A DNA stretch of 64,000 nt from Mobula hypostoma (taxonomy: Eukaryota): the NCBI RefSeq assembly GCF_963921235.1, contig NC_086106.1, forward strand, positions 24,986,001 through 25,050,000, in the 5' to 3' direction. Made by a program: the position numbers and the translations under genes. Shown one piece after another: positions 1 through 11,486 of this stretch. Under the pieces are notes generated by a model that saw only the letters and a list, made by a program, of their open reading frames with translations, was not told the DNA's origin and searched no databases. Position 1 is the stretch's first letter. Every line of letters begins with the position of its first letter.

Positions 1-289
1 ATCACTATCCACTTCCTTGATGGTCGAATAGCGGAAGCAACTAAACAACGTATTTGTAATAATTATTACAAATATCCGTTTTATTTTCCCAAATCAAGGT
101 GGCCGCGACAGAGTCCCAATTTAGGAGAGAGATTAGGAGGGCTATCTTGGCTCTGTGCATGGAATATGGAGATAGCAGGAGCTCGAAGTGTAAGATACCA
201 CTAGTACAGGAAGTTGGAACATTTTGTTGCAGATCTGTTGAAGCGTTCGTGTACTGCAATGTTGGACTCAGAGCTAGGAGGTAGAATGG

Positions 290-1260
290 CGTTCTATTGC
301 TTGTGCGATATGAAAGGTTGTTTGAAATTGGCGACCGGCTGATCAATAGCTTCCTGCTCCTATGGGATCCTGTGCTTCTGTCGACAGTTGATTTCCTTTG
401 CAAGACCATATTTTGTTGGGTCAATAACTGGATCACCCATCCTGTAAAAAATGTAGAACAGGCTTCACTTAAAAACCAGAGCAGCGGATCCGACATACAA
501 GTAAACGCGCACGCCAATCTGAAGTTAACACATCCAAATATTCAACTGACGATGGATGTGGAGAAGAATTGTTGACTCCCCATCGTGGACATTCTAATAA
601 AACTGACACCGGATGCTAGTGTTGGATGCCAGATAACACGGATTTATACATCAAAATAATAGCCTCCATCACGCCTCACAATGCAGAGCGGTGTTTTCAA
701 TGTGGATTAACCATGGGGAGGCTATTTCGGAGCAGGAGACAATTGAGCACGACTTTTATACAGAATGGTTACCATGGGAATGAAATTTATCGGGGCCTTA
801 AAAAGGAAGATGGGAAGAAAAACAAAGAAAAAAAAAAAACGGGGCACCTCAGATCGCGGAAGAAGCTCCCACCTGTCTTCCCTATTTCGCCGTTGGTTAT
901 GAAAAGTCTCCAGGATCCTGAAGAAGTGACGGATTAATGCCTCCCACAAACAGGAACGGGAGCTCACATTTCAGTTTTTGTGGTTCAATGCTGACCCGGG
1001 ACTCCGTGCGGCTAGATTCCCTATTGCATATAAAGCAACGAGTTTTGCCCAGACGGGACAAGCCGTGGAAACTTGAAGTTGGCAGAGGAGCTGTGTAGCT
1101 GTGTGCACTTGGTTTACTTGGAGAAGTGTACGGCCGCAGAAGATGGCATAGGCAATCCCTACACGAGTGCAGTCGACGACGCCAAGCTACTGTCCTGCGC
1201 CGATGGCTTTTGGACCAGCTGGTAAAGAAAACGTTGAAATAAGACCAGAGAATTAGAAAG
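290..1260 (+). mobile_element. Degenerate Penelope-like element (RT C-terminus + GIY-YIG remnant)
   Basis: TMDVEKNC*LPIVDILIK (FTMEVE…LPFLDV-like) and a gattccct…cagacgggac…ggcttttggaccagctggtaaagaa GIY-YIG-like tail; duplicated at ~48170-49120. Confidence 0.55.
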
Positions 1261-2073
1261 TCATCAAAGAGAAAGTTGAGACTATAAGTTAGAACAGGAA
1301 GAGAAGTTTACACACAATAGGAAAAAGGAAACGTATTCGTTCAGGACTAGCCAATCAAGAAGGACTGATTTGGGAATTGAGTATGTATGTCACTGGACTT
1401 GACATGTCTACACTTATTCCTCATGCAAATGACAGAGTTTGGCACCGAAGTGTAGATTATGATCGACACTTTGACAGTTCGAACCGGCAGTAAGTCGAGG
1501 GGAGTATATGTGGCATCAAGTATCGCACATACTCTTACGTGAAATTTCTATATACAGAAAAAGAAAGGTTTCCTGAACACATTTTACAAGCACCACCTCA
1601 TCGAGTCCTTTTACCGCATGGGAGTTCCAGACAATATGTGGGAAGTTATTGTCACCTATTTAACAACCCTGTGTTTCTTGCATTGCTCTGCGAAGTCTCT
1701 ACAAATTTCTTCCTTTCAGACCCCGATTACTGAGTGATCTGTAATATAGACCGATTGATGTGGACATGCCTTTCGCAATTCCCAGCTCATACATAACGCC
1801 TCACTTAGTTGAGTTATTTACGTTGTACTGATTGAGCATTGTCATGAATTTTCAATAACTCGTAACACAATCGTTTCTCATTTGAATCCTGCTCTTCTCT
1901 CGCGTCCTAAGCAAAGGAACCACGGGATAATGAGTTGTTATTCCTATCAATTCTGCACCAAGTCTCACAACTGGCTACAATATATAATTTCCTGCGTCCA
2001 TCTATGCCCTGAGCTGAACTGACTTTGTGAAGATTCCTCTAGTAGTGAAATAAACGCAAGTCAGGACATCCGG

Positions 2074-2210
2074 TTAGTCCTGACGAAGGGTCTCGGCCTG
2101 AAACGTCGACTGCGCCTCTTCCTATAGATGCTGCCTGGCCTGCTGCGTTCACCAGCAAATTTGATGTGTGTTGCTTGAATTTCCAGCATCTGCAGAATTC
2201 CTGTTGTTTG
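2074..2210 (+). mobile_element. ~135-bp Penelope 3'-end-derived insertion, present only in copy A
   Basis: ttagtcctgacgaagggtctcggcctgaaacgtcgac…cctgttgtttg; empty site in copy B (catccggcacaacattct, ~49935); matches the Penelope terminus at 46461-46562. Confidence 0.85.
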
Positions 2211-3399
2211 ACAACATTCTCAAAGTTTTGATTGCTGATATTGTCTGAAATGTTAACAACGTCTGTCTTTCTACTATCTGCTCTTACACTCTACGGCCCA
2301 ACACTACCAAATCTTCAGAGTAGGACATTGTCCCTCCTCTAATTTAATTGTAACCATCTGTTCTGTAGAGAACGCACTTTCCTTGGAAGACAGCTGAATA
2401 ATCCAAAAATCTCACGTGCTCCCTCATAGACCAACTCTTTATTTAACTGTATCATTTACCAACTTCTGACCTCACGAGGGCGTGGCACAGGGAACAATGC
2501 TGAGATCACAGCTCTGGAGATCCTATCCTCTAGCGTAGATTCCAAATCATTCAGATCACTGCAGAACCTAGTCAGTCTTACTATTAATGTCACTGCTACT
2601 TATGTGGGCCACGATATCTGGTTGTTCGAACACCCATCTAAAATTCTGAAAACCCGATTCGGGAGGTCCTGGACACTGGCACTGTGGATCAACAGTTCCG
2701 TGAGAGCAGCACTTACTGGGCAACTCAAAGCTTGTGTTGCCGGTATTCAGTAGCAGTACAAGATACGCAGCCATGATCCGCGCAACATAAATATGGCAGC
2801 AAAACAACACTACAGGAACAACATCGAGCCACAACTTTTACCAACTACCACCTCAACTTACGACAAGGTCTGTACACCATCGCAGACTCAGAGCTAAAGG
2901 CAGTGGATTTTCCAACATCGCTGCCTCTCTCCCAGACGAGCTAAATCTTTGTACGCTTGATTCCCTGTTGCCAATACTGAGCCCCTGAGGAGACCTGCAA
3001 ATGATGTGACCGGCAACCTGGTTATTTCTGAGGCTGAAATGCGCAGGTGTTTCCAACGAATGGACATTCACCAGACTGTGGGACCGGACGGCATCCCAGG
3101 GCGGGTACTCATGAAGTGCGCTGCACCACAGGCGGATTGGGTAACAGACATTCATAATCTATCCGCCTCCCAATGTAGAGTGCCATCCTGCATCAAAACA
3201 TCGGTCATCGGTTATTGTTCCTGTATCTAAAATGACCAAGGTAACATGTCCGGACGCCTGACGTACTGTTAGACTCTCCTCGGTAACAAGCAAATGCTTT
3301 GAGTGGCAGTTAGGGACTATATCTGAGGCATGCTACAACCATACTGAACCCCCTACAATTCAGCTGTCAACATAACCGTACAGTAGATGACTCAATAGC

Positions 3400-4870
3400 C
3401 CCATTAATGCATGCCTCTTCGTCGGTTATGTGCCGCAGCCTGTCTCTTCGTTGGTTATCTGGAACAGTCTATGCTCGAAACCTATACTGATATTGTTCCC
3501 CAACTTTTCCTTCTCTGCATTGACGACTACATTGGTGCTGCTTCCTGCACAAGTGCAGAGTTCGTCAATTTTATCGACTTTACTTCAAACTTCCACCCAG
3601 CCATTTAAATCACTTGGCCCATCTCGGACACTTCTCTCCACTTTCTTGATCACACGGTCTCCATCTCTGGAGACAGACTGTCCACTGAAACCTTCTATAA
3701 GCCCACTGATTCTCATAACTACCTGGCCTATACCTCTTCCCACCCAGCCACATGCAAAAATGCCATTCCCTTTTTCCAGTCTAGGCCGCATCTGCTCCCA
3801 AGATGAGGCTTTCCGTTCCAGGACATCTCAAATATCCTCTTTCTGAAGGGGCTTGGTTTCCCTTCTGCCGTCATGTCTGATGCCCTCACCCGCATCTCCT
3901 CCATTTCCCGCACTTCGGCCCTCACCCCATCCTCCCGTCACCACAACAGGGACAGAATTCCCCTTGCCCTCACCTACCACCCCACCAGCATCCGGATCCA
4001 GCAGATTACCCTCCACAACTTCAGCTGCCTTCAACAAGACACAACCTATATGCACATTGTTCCTCTGCAGCCCTATCCGCCTTCTGCAGTGATCGTTAGA
4101 TCCGCCACACCCTGGTCCACACGCCCCTTCCCACGGATCTCCCGCCCGGGACTTATCCCTGTAAGCATAAGTGCTACACCTATCCCTACACCTCTCTTGC
4201 CACCATTCAGGGCCCCAACCAGCCCTTCCAGGTGAAACAACACCTCGCTTGTGAGTCTGTTGGGGTTACCTGTTGCATCGTTGCTCCCGGTGCGGCATCC
4301 TCTATATCGGTGAAACCCGAGGCAGATTGGGGGACCGCTTCCTCGAGCACATCCGCTCCGTCTGCCACAACAGACAGGATCTCCCGGTTGCCACCCACAT
4401 CAAGTCTGCTTCGCATTCCCAATCGGATATGTCCATGCATGGCCTCCTATGCTGCCATGATGAGGCTAAACTCAGATTGGAGGAACAACACCAAATATAC
4501 CGTCTGGGTAGTCTCCAGCCTCTTGGTAAGCAAATTGAATTCTCCAGCTTCCGGTAATTCCCTTCTCCCTCTTCCCCCATGCCAGTTTTACTCTGCCCCC
4601 TCCCCCAGCTGCCTATCACCTCCCTTAGGGTTCCGCCTCCTTCTACTACCCGTTCTGTTTTCCCCTATTTCTTCTTCACCTTTTCTGTCTATCCCCTCCC
4701 TGCTTCCCCTTCCATACCCCTTTATCTTTTCACTTTCTGCTTTTTTTTTCACCTGGCTCCTAGCAGCCTCTCCTTCCCATCCTCCCCAACCTTCTCTATA
4801 GGGCCTCTGCCCCTTCCCTCTTAAGTCCTGATGAATGGTTCCGGCCCAAAATGTCGACTGATCATTTCTC
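3400..4870 (+). mobile_element. Penelope-like element fragment (RT + GIY-YIG)
   Basis: LFVGYLEQSM…IDDYIGAASC…FTSNFHPA RT; CSRCGILYIGETRGRLGDRFLEH…RLEEQHQIYRLGSLQP GIY-YIG; duplicated at ~51125-52600. Confidence 0.85.
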
Positions 4871-4879
4871 CTCCACCGT

Positions 4880-5990
4880 GTTGTGTGTGTACCTCTGTTG
4901 CTTATGTATTAATGTTGTTCTTGGACTACCGTTCATCATTCAAAACTGTAATTCCCTCCAGGCTCAAAAAGAAGTTCAGAGACATCGGTCTTCACTCTGA
5001 CTTCTGTAGCTGGATCCTGGACTTTCTGTCAGTTCGCTGCAGGTGGTAAGAAAGGCCCCCTCACCACTGCCCCTCTGACTCTGAACACATGCGGCCCGGA
5101 TCTGTGTACAGAGCCTCCTCCTTTACTCTTTGATTCCCAGTTACTGTATCCCTACGCCGATTTCCAATCTGGTAATTAAATTTGCTGAGAACACTACATG
5201 ATTGACCTAAACTCAACCAATAATGAGGGAGATTAGAGAAAAGACTTCTCTACCCTGACACAGTGGCATCAAGAAAACAACTTCTCTCCTAATGTCGCCG
5301 AACAAAAAAAAACAAAGAAACAAACAAAGAAGCTGGTTGCTGACTACAGACAGAATGGAGACAGGCTAACCACGATTGACATCAATGGATCTTTCATCCT
5401 CAAGTTCTTCGGCATACAAATCACTGAGGATGTGACTTGGTCGGTACATACCGGTTGTGTGGTAAAAAAGGCAACAAAAAAAAACGCCTCTTTCACCTCA
5501 GAAGTTTGAAGAAGTTTGGTATTGAAGTCCAAATACAAAGAACGCTCTATTTGGGCACAACTCAGAGCATCCTGACTGGCTGCCTCACTGCGTGGTATTA
5601 GAACTGTATTTCCCTCAATCGCTGAACTCCGCTGACAGTTGTGCGGACAACGCATCTGCAGATGCGACCTACCCACTATTCACGACATTTACAAAGAGAT
5701 GTGTGTAAAAAGGGCACGAAGGATCGTTAGAGACCCCAGACACCCCAAGCACAAAGACTTCCAGCTGCTACTGTCCGGGATACGGGACTGCAGGATAAAA
5801 TCCAGGACCATCAGGCTCCGGAACAGCTTCCTCCACCAAGCCATCAGACGTATTAACTCATGCTGATACAATTGTATTTCAAGTTATTTTCACTTCCCTG
5901 TTGTACATCCTATTTATTATATTTGTTTTTATAAATTGCACATTGCATATTTAAAAGGAAATGTAACGTGAAGATATGTACTCATTTAAA
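4880..5990 (+). mobile_element. Rex1/Babar-like LINE 3' fragment
   Basis: SSFKTVIPSRL…FCSWILDFL and IRLRNSFLHQAIR motifs; duplicated at ~52690-53910. Confidence 0.65.
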
Positions 5991-7913
5991 TGAAGGATGT
6001 ATGTAATAAACTCAATTCTATCCAATTCAATTCATATTGCTTCTCTCTCACAGAAAGAGGCTCGATCCCGGAGTGTACACCGCTGTGATGTTTCTCTGCT
6101 ACCTCATGCCCCCAAAATTATCTATAGTAGCGTATCTGTTGTTGAGGGAGATTTCCACAGAGCTCTCTGCACTGGCTTTTTAAGTCCTTTGTCTTTCTTG
6201 TCACCCATTCCCCTGCCTCCTGTAACTCTGGGGCACCCACGATCTTTGTGCCCGATCTATCATGCCATCAGCATTTCGAAAAATCCAGCGTTCATCCATT
6301 TCCAGATTCCGCTCCATAAAACGGTGTGTAAGAATCTGAAATTGCATGAATTTCATCCAGGAGTAGTTGTCAGTGATACTGGAGAATTCCGAGTTTTCTC
6401 TTCCAATATCCGACAAGGAGTATATGCAAATATTACGGTCTCGATTATGATTCCGTCCAGACACGCCGAATGCTTCCTTCTTCCAATACATATTGCGTGG
6501 TCGTTGAGTTTGTACTGCATTTTTTGTGTATTCCGTTCAAATTTTCTGCCTGGCATATTACAGCTCATGCTGAGCAAATATAAAGAATGAAAGAAAATAA
6601 CAATCAACAAACTACGGGGAACAATGCCTGCTACATTTCGAATTCTCTTAACCACGCCTAATCTCGCTGTAACATCGAGGAAGCAAGTCCTCAAGTTCAC
6701 TTTGCAACAGTGTCCACTCCACCGACTACCGCACCGCTTTCCCCTATCTTTTTCGAATATTTTCGTGTTGATCAGCCCATATCAGTTTTCAAGACACGAA
6801 AATGCCCCGAATTGGTGGTTTATGCATTCGAATCGGCGAACGCCAGAGACCTCTGTCTTATCATCTTTGCGATCTCCAATTGGCAGCAGTTTGAAACACC
6901 AAACCACCGCGAGCAGATGCCTTATTTTCTCAATCGGCGAACCTGTCAGAGCTATGTTTTCTCACGCTTTGTATCTCCGATAAGCTCTGGTTAAAAGATC
7001 AAACAGCCGCAAGTTGATGCCGTGTGTACTCAATAGGCAAACTTGAGAAAGCTCCGTCCCAACACGGCTCCGATCTCAGACTGCCGGCATTTCAAATACA
7101 TATTTCATTAATTTCCATTTCCAACAGTTCACATACGCGATTTTTCATCGCACATCGTAGCCGAGATTTCACTTACATCATTTTCAATTTATTTATTTCT
7201 GTATTCATTTAATCAATCATTCATTAATTCATCTGTTGATTAAGTAACTGCATAATTAAATTATTTATTGTTTGTCTATTTATTTGCTAAAATTTCAGTA
7301 CAGTTGGTGCCTTAATATTCAAGATTATGAAAGACAAATCGGTAACTATGGAGGTATAAGGAAATTAAAGCTCTACAGACTATTTTTGCTGAGATCACAC
7401 CGAACCCCAGTGTAATCACAAAACCCGAGACAAATCCACGTTCAATACTAAAACAGTGCATTCGTCTTCCTATTCGACTGTGGCACTCTGCATTTCCACT
7501 CTTCCCTCAACCATGAGCTTTTTACAACCTCACCAGCATTAAATACATATTTTTTTTTATTGTAGGTCTGCAGAGCAGTGCCTCACATTCGATGTAATTT
7601 GTTGCATTTGCCTTGCGTATGCGCTGAGCTTCTCTTTGTTTTCTTCTGGCCTCTTTAACCCGAGGTCCCTTCAAGTTGAACAGAGAAAATAGTGCAGTAC
7701 AGCATAACATTGAGCCTTCGGAATACGGTGCAGTGGAGACCGATATAAATCAATTCATGATCCCTCTAACATTTCGCCACACCTTTGTCCTCCATTTGTC
7801 CTATATCGATATGGAAGCAATACTCTCTAATATCAGTTTATCAGCCTCTACCTGCAGCAGTTGCTGCGGAGTTTGGAATTTTACAGGAGGATTGCATTGG
7901 AATTCTCCAGGAA

Positions 7914-7935
7914 TGATAATAATAACAGTAACAAC

Positions 7936-7966
<31 letters not shown>

Positions 7967-7968
7967 TA
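7914..7968. repeat. (AAT)n microsatellite
   Basis: Imperfect AAT array; paralog at ~55852-55915. Confidence 0.9.
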
Positions 7969-8259
7969 TCAATAACAATACTATGTAACCATTGACGTCT
8001 GACTAAAACTGTCTTCCACTCAACTTACTGCAAACCGACTGTCTTTTTCGCTGTCTTTTGCGGCAGTGGATATCAACTTCATTTTATCCAAAACAGACTT
8101 CCAGATTTTCAAAACCCCTGGACACAAACGACAAGACTGACATCGAAGGTGAATAGAAGGGAAAGAAGGGTTGCCTGTTTTAAGCCTTTGGTCAAGCACA
8201 CTCAAATTGAATCTGCTTGGTGACAGATTTCCTCTCATCTATACTTTCTGTGGAAGAAA

Positions 8260-8600
8260 AGCAGTCATGACGGATTGGTGCATCCAAAGGCTGAATGTGA
8301 CATCACACTCTTCCTAGGCTGAGGGAGAGCTTGTCAGCCCATCCGGCGTACATGCCGTCAAGATCAGAGGATAGACTTATTTCCGTCACAAAATATAAAA
8401 ACTGAAACATATTTGAAAACTTGGGGCACTGGTTGCAACATCAAGTAAGAACAAATAACCATTTTTTTTCTCTCTCTCTGAAGAAAAGTGTCTGTTTCAA
8501 GGCAAATGATTCAGACTCATCAATTTATAGGCCATCTCCGTCACACAGGTTGAACAATAGGAAGTCTTGGGCGGGGCTTCCTCACGGTTCAAAGACACGA
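8260..8600 (+). promoter_or_regulatory. Putative NAR-TCR V promoter (CRE/ATF-like decamer, GC box)
   Basis: TGTGACATCA at 8296-8305 (9/10 to the TCR V-beta promoter decamer AGTGACATCA), several TGACG/CGTCA half-sites (~8268, ~8356, ~8384, ~8539), GGGCGGGGC at 8569-8577, all within 500 bp of ATG 8740; conserved in copy B (56243-56252, 56515-56523). Confidence 0.4.
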
Positions 8601-8739
8601 AACAGAATCAAAACCAACAGCTGTCCCTCAATAACCTGTTGTGAACAGTTTACTGTCCAGCTTTGCAGTGCATTCTACCATAACTCTGCAGGGTCTGAGC
8701 TTCATCTCCTCGACACTTCAGCAATATTCCTTGTTGACG

Positions 8740-9209
8740 ATGGGAGTCTTCTTTGTTTTCACACTCTGGCTCTGCTTACGGCGTGAGTACCTTTCACACA
8801 TCCACATTACAGTAACTTTAAATCTGTTTGAGACCTCTGAGCTTCAACCGGCTTAAATTATTCATGTGGTTCGTCTGTGACTGCAATTCACATTTCTCCG
8901 TATTTTTTTTATTCTTAGGTTCATTGAGTCAGTCGGTGACTCAGGACCCGTCCATTGTAAACTTGAATGAGTGTCAGACTGCCACTATCACCTGCAGTTT
9001 CAAGCCTGGCTCTGGTGAATATCGCTTTCTCCCTGGAAAATTCTTCAGGCAGACCAACTCAACGGCCGAACGCAAAGAAGTCACCCGCGGGGGCAGATTT
9101 TTTACTTTGATTAAGAAAACTAACATGCAGTTTACTTTGGCAATTCGGGACCTGCAGGTGGAAGACAGCGGCACCTATTACTGTCAAGCTGTGTACAGAT
9201 GGCGTGAAG
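8740..9209 (+). CDS. NAR-TCR (IgNAR-like) V gene segment, cassette 1: leader exon 8740-8782 + V exon 8919-9209, open frame
   Basis: Leader MGVFFVFTLWLCLR with phase-1 donor C|GTGAGT; acceptor ttcttag|GT. V = SLSQSVTQDPSIVNLNECQTATITC...KFFRQTNSTAERKEVTRGGRFFTLIKKTNMQFTLAIRDLQVEDSGTYYCQAVYRWRE. The short FR2/CDR2 region with GGRF matches the IgNAR V pattern (…ISKGGRY…SFSLRI.DL.VED.GTY.C). Followed directly by an RSS. Confidence 0.9.
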
Positions 9210-9247
9210 CACAATGATGGGCTTCTGCTTCGCGCTGTACAAAAACA
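9210..9247 (+). other. Recombination signal sequence (23-class, 22-bp spacer) of NAR V1
   Basis: CACAATG (9210-9216) + 22 nt + ACAAAAACA (9239-9247). Confidence 0.92.
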
Positions 9248-9583
9248 TTCGCTGTAGCTTATTTCTGATTCAGACGGAGCAGAATGGATCTGCGGGTAAA
9301 CTCATCTTCCTGTCTCTCTGTGGATAGTCCTGCAGTCCAAGTCCTGCAGTCCAGCAAACTGTCAGTTGTTTTATTTTTTTCTGTAGAGTCTTTATGTTCC
9401 CACCTCGCGTGTGAGCAGATATTGTTGCCGACCTGAGGTATGTGTCAATAAATGTCGACAGATGTTGAAAAATACACATTCTTGACGCCGACGGGAGACA
9501 GAATCATTCCTGAACACTTGGAACCAGTAAACGCCAGCGCTGCGAAATTAATTCCTGCTCGACTGTGTCATTGACTCGCCAGC

Positions 9584-9654
9584 AGATTTCAAATTCACGT
9601 AAGGTACTGTGTACAGTTGGAACGAACACAGTGGAAGAGATCTGAACAAAAATA
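9584..9654 (+). other. D segment of cassette 1 (coding 9612-9626, TACAGTTGGAACGAA) flanked by 12-RSSs
   Basis: 3' RSS CACAGTG (9627-9633) + 12 + ACAAAAATA (9646-9654); 5' heptamer TACTGTG (9605-9611) with a weak nonamer AGATTTCAA at 12-bp spacing. All three frames open (YSWNE/TVGT/QLER). Confidence 0.82.
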
Positions 9655-10002
9655 GAAAATAATAAATATATAAATAACTCATTGTTTAAACGAGTTATTC
9701 TCCATATCGCATACAAAAAAATACAAACCTAGCGTTGTTCACGTTCTAATCTGTTTAGATTATTTTTAATTTCCATATTGCATATGTATTTTTGATTGAC
9801 ACGTATGCTGTGTGTTTTTTTCCTTCTCGGAATCGGTGTGCGGTGCGTGTTCCGATTTTATTCTAATTTGGTTTTGCTTTCTCACAAAGAACATATCGAC
9901 CTGCCGGCAAATGGGGAATATTCTTGCTATGTGTTGCATTAACAACTCTGGAAACATTGGGAATCCTATTGTAGCGTTACCTAAGCAGATTCACGTGAGT
10001 GT

Positions 10003-10105
10003 AGTTGTTGTATAGTGGAGACTGAGAACAGGATCATTGTGTATCAATGGGAGACTCATACTCTAGATGGAACAGGGACAAAGGTCACGGTCAGGCCCGG
10101 TAAGT
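10003..10105 (+). CDS. NAR-TCR J segment, cassette 1 (coding 10042-10099) with 5' 23-RSS and splice donor
   Basis: AGTTGTTGT (10003-10011) + 23 + CATTGTG (10035-10041); encodes YQWETHTLDGTGTKVTVRP, ending at phase-1 donor G|GTAAGT (10100). Confidence 0.9.
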
Positions 10106-11122
10106 ATCCACAGACACCGACGATTCCTCAAATATCTCACCCATTTTCACTATCGTTTGATAGATGATCGATTGATTTAAAATCTTGTGTGGTGTGATTC
10201 TGTAAACTGAATCTACACTCACTGCGTCGAAAGGGAAGGTGGTAAACTGAATTAACAGAGTGAGATGGAGAGGGGAATGTCTGCTATAAGTAAAGATGAA
10301 ATGCTGGTGTAATCGTCGCAGAATAAATCCAACCGACTGATGTCAGACTGTGGGAAATACTGTAGGCAGCTTAAGGCATAAACCGCAAGCAGATAAGATA
10401 TATATGTATATATGAAAATGTCACCGACACGCAAGAAATAATGAATCTTGTTTTCTCCAATTTATTTTCAAATAGTACAGTGAGAAGGAGAACCAATTGA
10501 TGAAAAATAAGAAAAGAGAAGGGAAGATAACATTTATATAGCCGCGTGCTAAACTCCAATTGAAAATAATATTCGTCTTCAGTTGCTCAGAAAATTATAC
10601 GACCAATGTGTCCCATTCAGTCTCATTACTGTGAAGAACATGTTACAATGCAAGAGGTTGTAACTTATCGGGGATATGTTATTTAAAAAAACAAGAAGCA
10701 ATTCTGGATGGAGGCTCTATCAATTCGAAAAATAAAACAGGCAAATCCATCATTATTCCGAATGAAACTGGCGTTTAAAATAAACACCGCAGAACTTATA
10801 TATAAAATAAGGCGTTCGGCCCATTTTATGATTGTAGGCCCTCTGCAATTATTCCATGAAATTAGTTCTTCCTTCCACATAGATGTCCAAAATATGAAAC
10901 ATGTTTTGATAATAGAAAGATATCGCTATTTAGCATGAGTCCCTGATTTTATTTCACTGCAGCAATTCAGATAATAATTGACAACGACAATAAATATTGT
11001 TTACTCACATTTCAAATGAAACAAGATTGCGTGAAAGCAAACTCTCCTTAACGTATTTGGGACGTGTTATTTTCCGACAGTTGTCGGTAAATCAGCAATA
11101 ATCTTCCTTTACATTCATACAG

Positions 11123-11425
11123 AATCCATTGCTCCACCGTCTCAGAGTCCGGAACTACAAACTACACTTGCCGATACTGCCATTTTAACCTGTGGATATG
11201 ACGTGAATTGTCGCAACACAATACACTGGTATGTCCAGCTTCCAGGGCAGGGACCCATATTCCTGCTCCAGGGTCAAACTTCCGGATTACAAGATAAGAC
11301 AAAAAATGCCGAGGAACGAATTACTGGTTTTGTCGATCCTGGTAAGAAAATCAGATAGCTGACGATCTACAAAGTGCAACTGGGTGACGCTGCTCTGTAT
11401 TACTGTGCAATGAGTCGGTTTGCAG
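11123..11425 (+). pseudogene. TRDV: Leaderless supporting TCR-delta V, cassette 1, with premature stop
   Basis: Acceptor catacag|AA, in phase with the J donor; (E)SIAPPSQSPELQTTLADTAILTCGYDVNCRNTIHWYVQLPGQGPIFLL…KKIR*LTIYKVQLGDAALYYCAMSRFA; in-frame TAG at 11356-11358 (CAG in copy B). No leader exon found between J and this exon. Confidence 0.85.
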
Positions 11426-11464
11426 CACTGTGATGCCGCGCATGGACAGCGCTGTTCAAGAACT
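11426..11464 (+). other. Proximal 23-RSS of supporting V1
   Basis: CACTGTG (11426-11432) + 23 + TCAAGAACT (11456-11464). Confidence 0.85.
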
Positions 11465-11486
11465 AGGGTGATTCTCGTTACAAGCA

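Noticed and set aside
5997-6700. Overlapping 96-197 aa ORFs on both strands, upstream of the cassette
   Set aside because: No recognisable domain; the longest is broken by a stop in copy B (53915-54334), indicating non-coding sequence.
9561-9567. GACTGTG as a heptamer for a second D
   Set aside because: No nonamer-like sequence at the required spacing and no matching 3' RSS.
11341-11360. Tandem dinucleotide substitutions between supporting V1 and V2 (GT/CG in WYxQ, AT/CC at the stop), reminiscent of shark somatic hypermutation
   Set aside because: The segment is in germline configuration, and tandem differences also occur in non-V flanks (e.g. near 222 and 337), so there is no V-specific signal.
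11464-11486. The 22 bp between the two RSSs read as a D segment with TAGGGTG as 5' heptamer
   Set aside because: No nonamer at 12- or 23-bp spacing (TGGACAGCG / GATGCCGCG); cannot be called a D.
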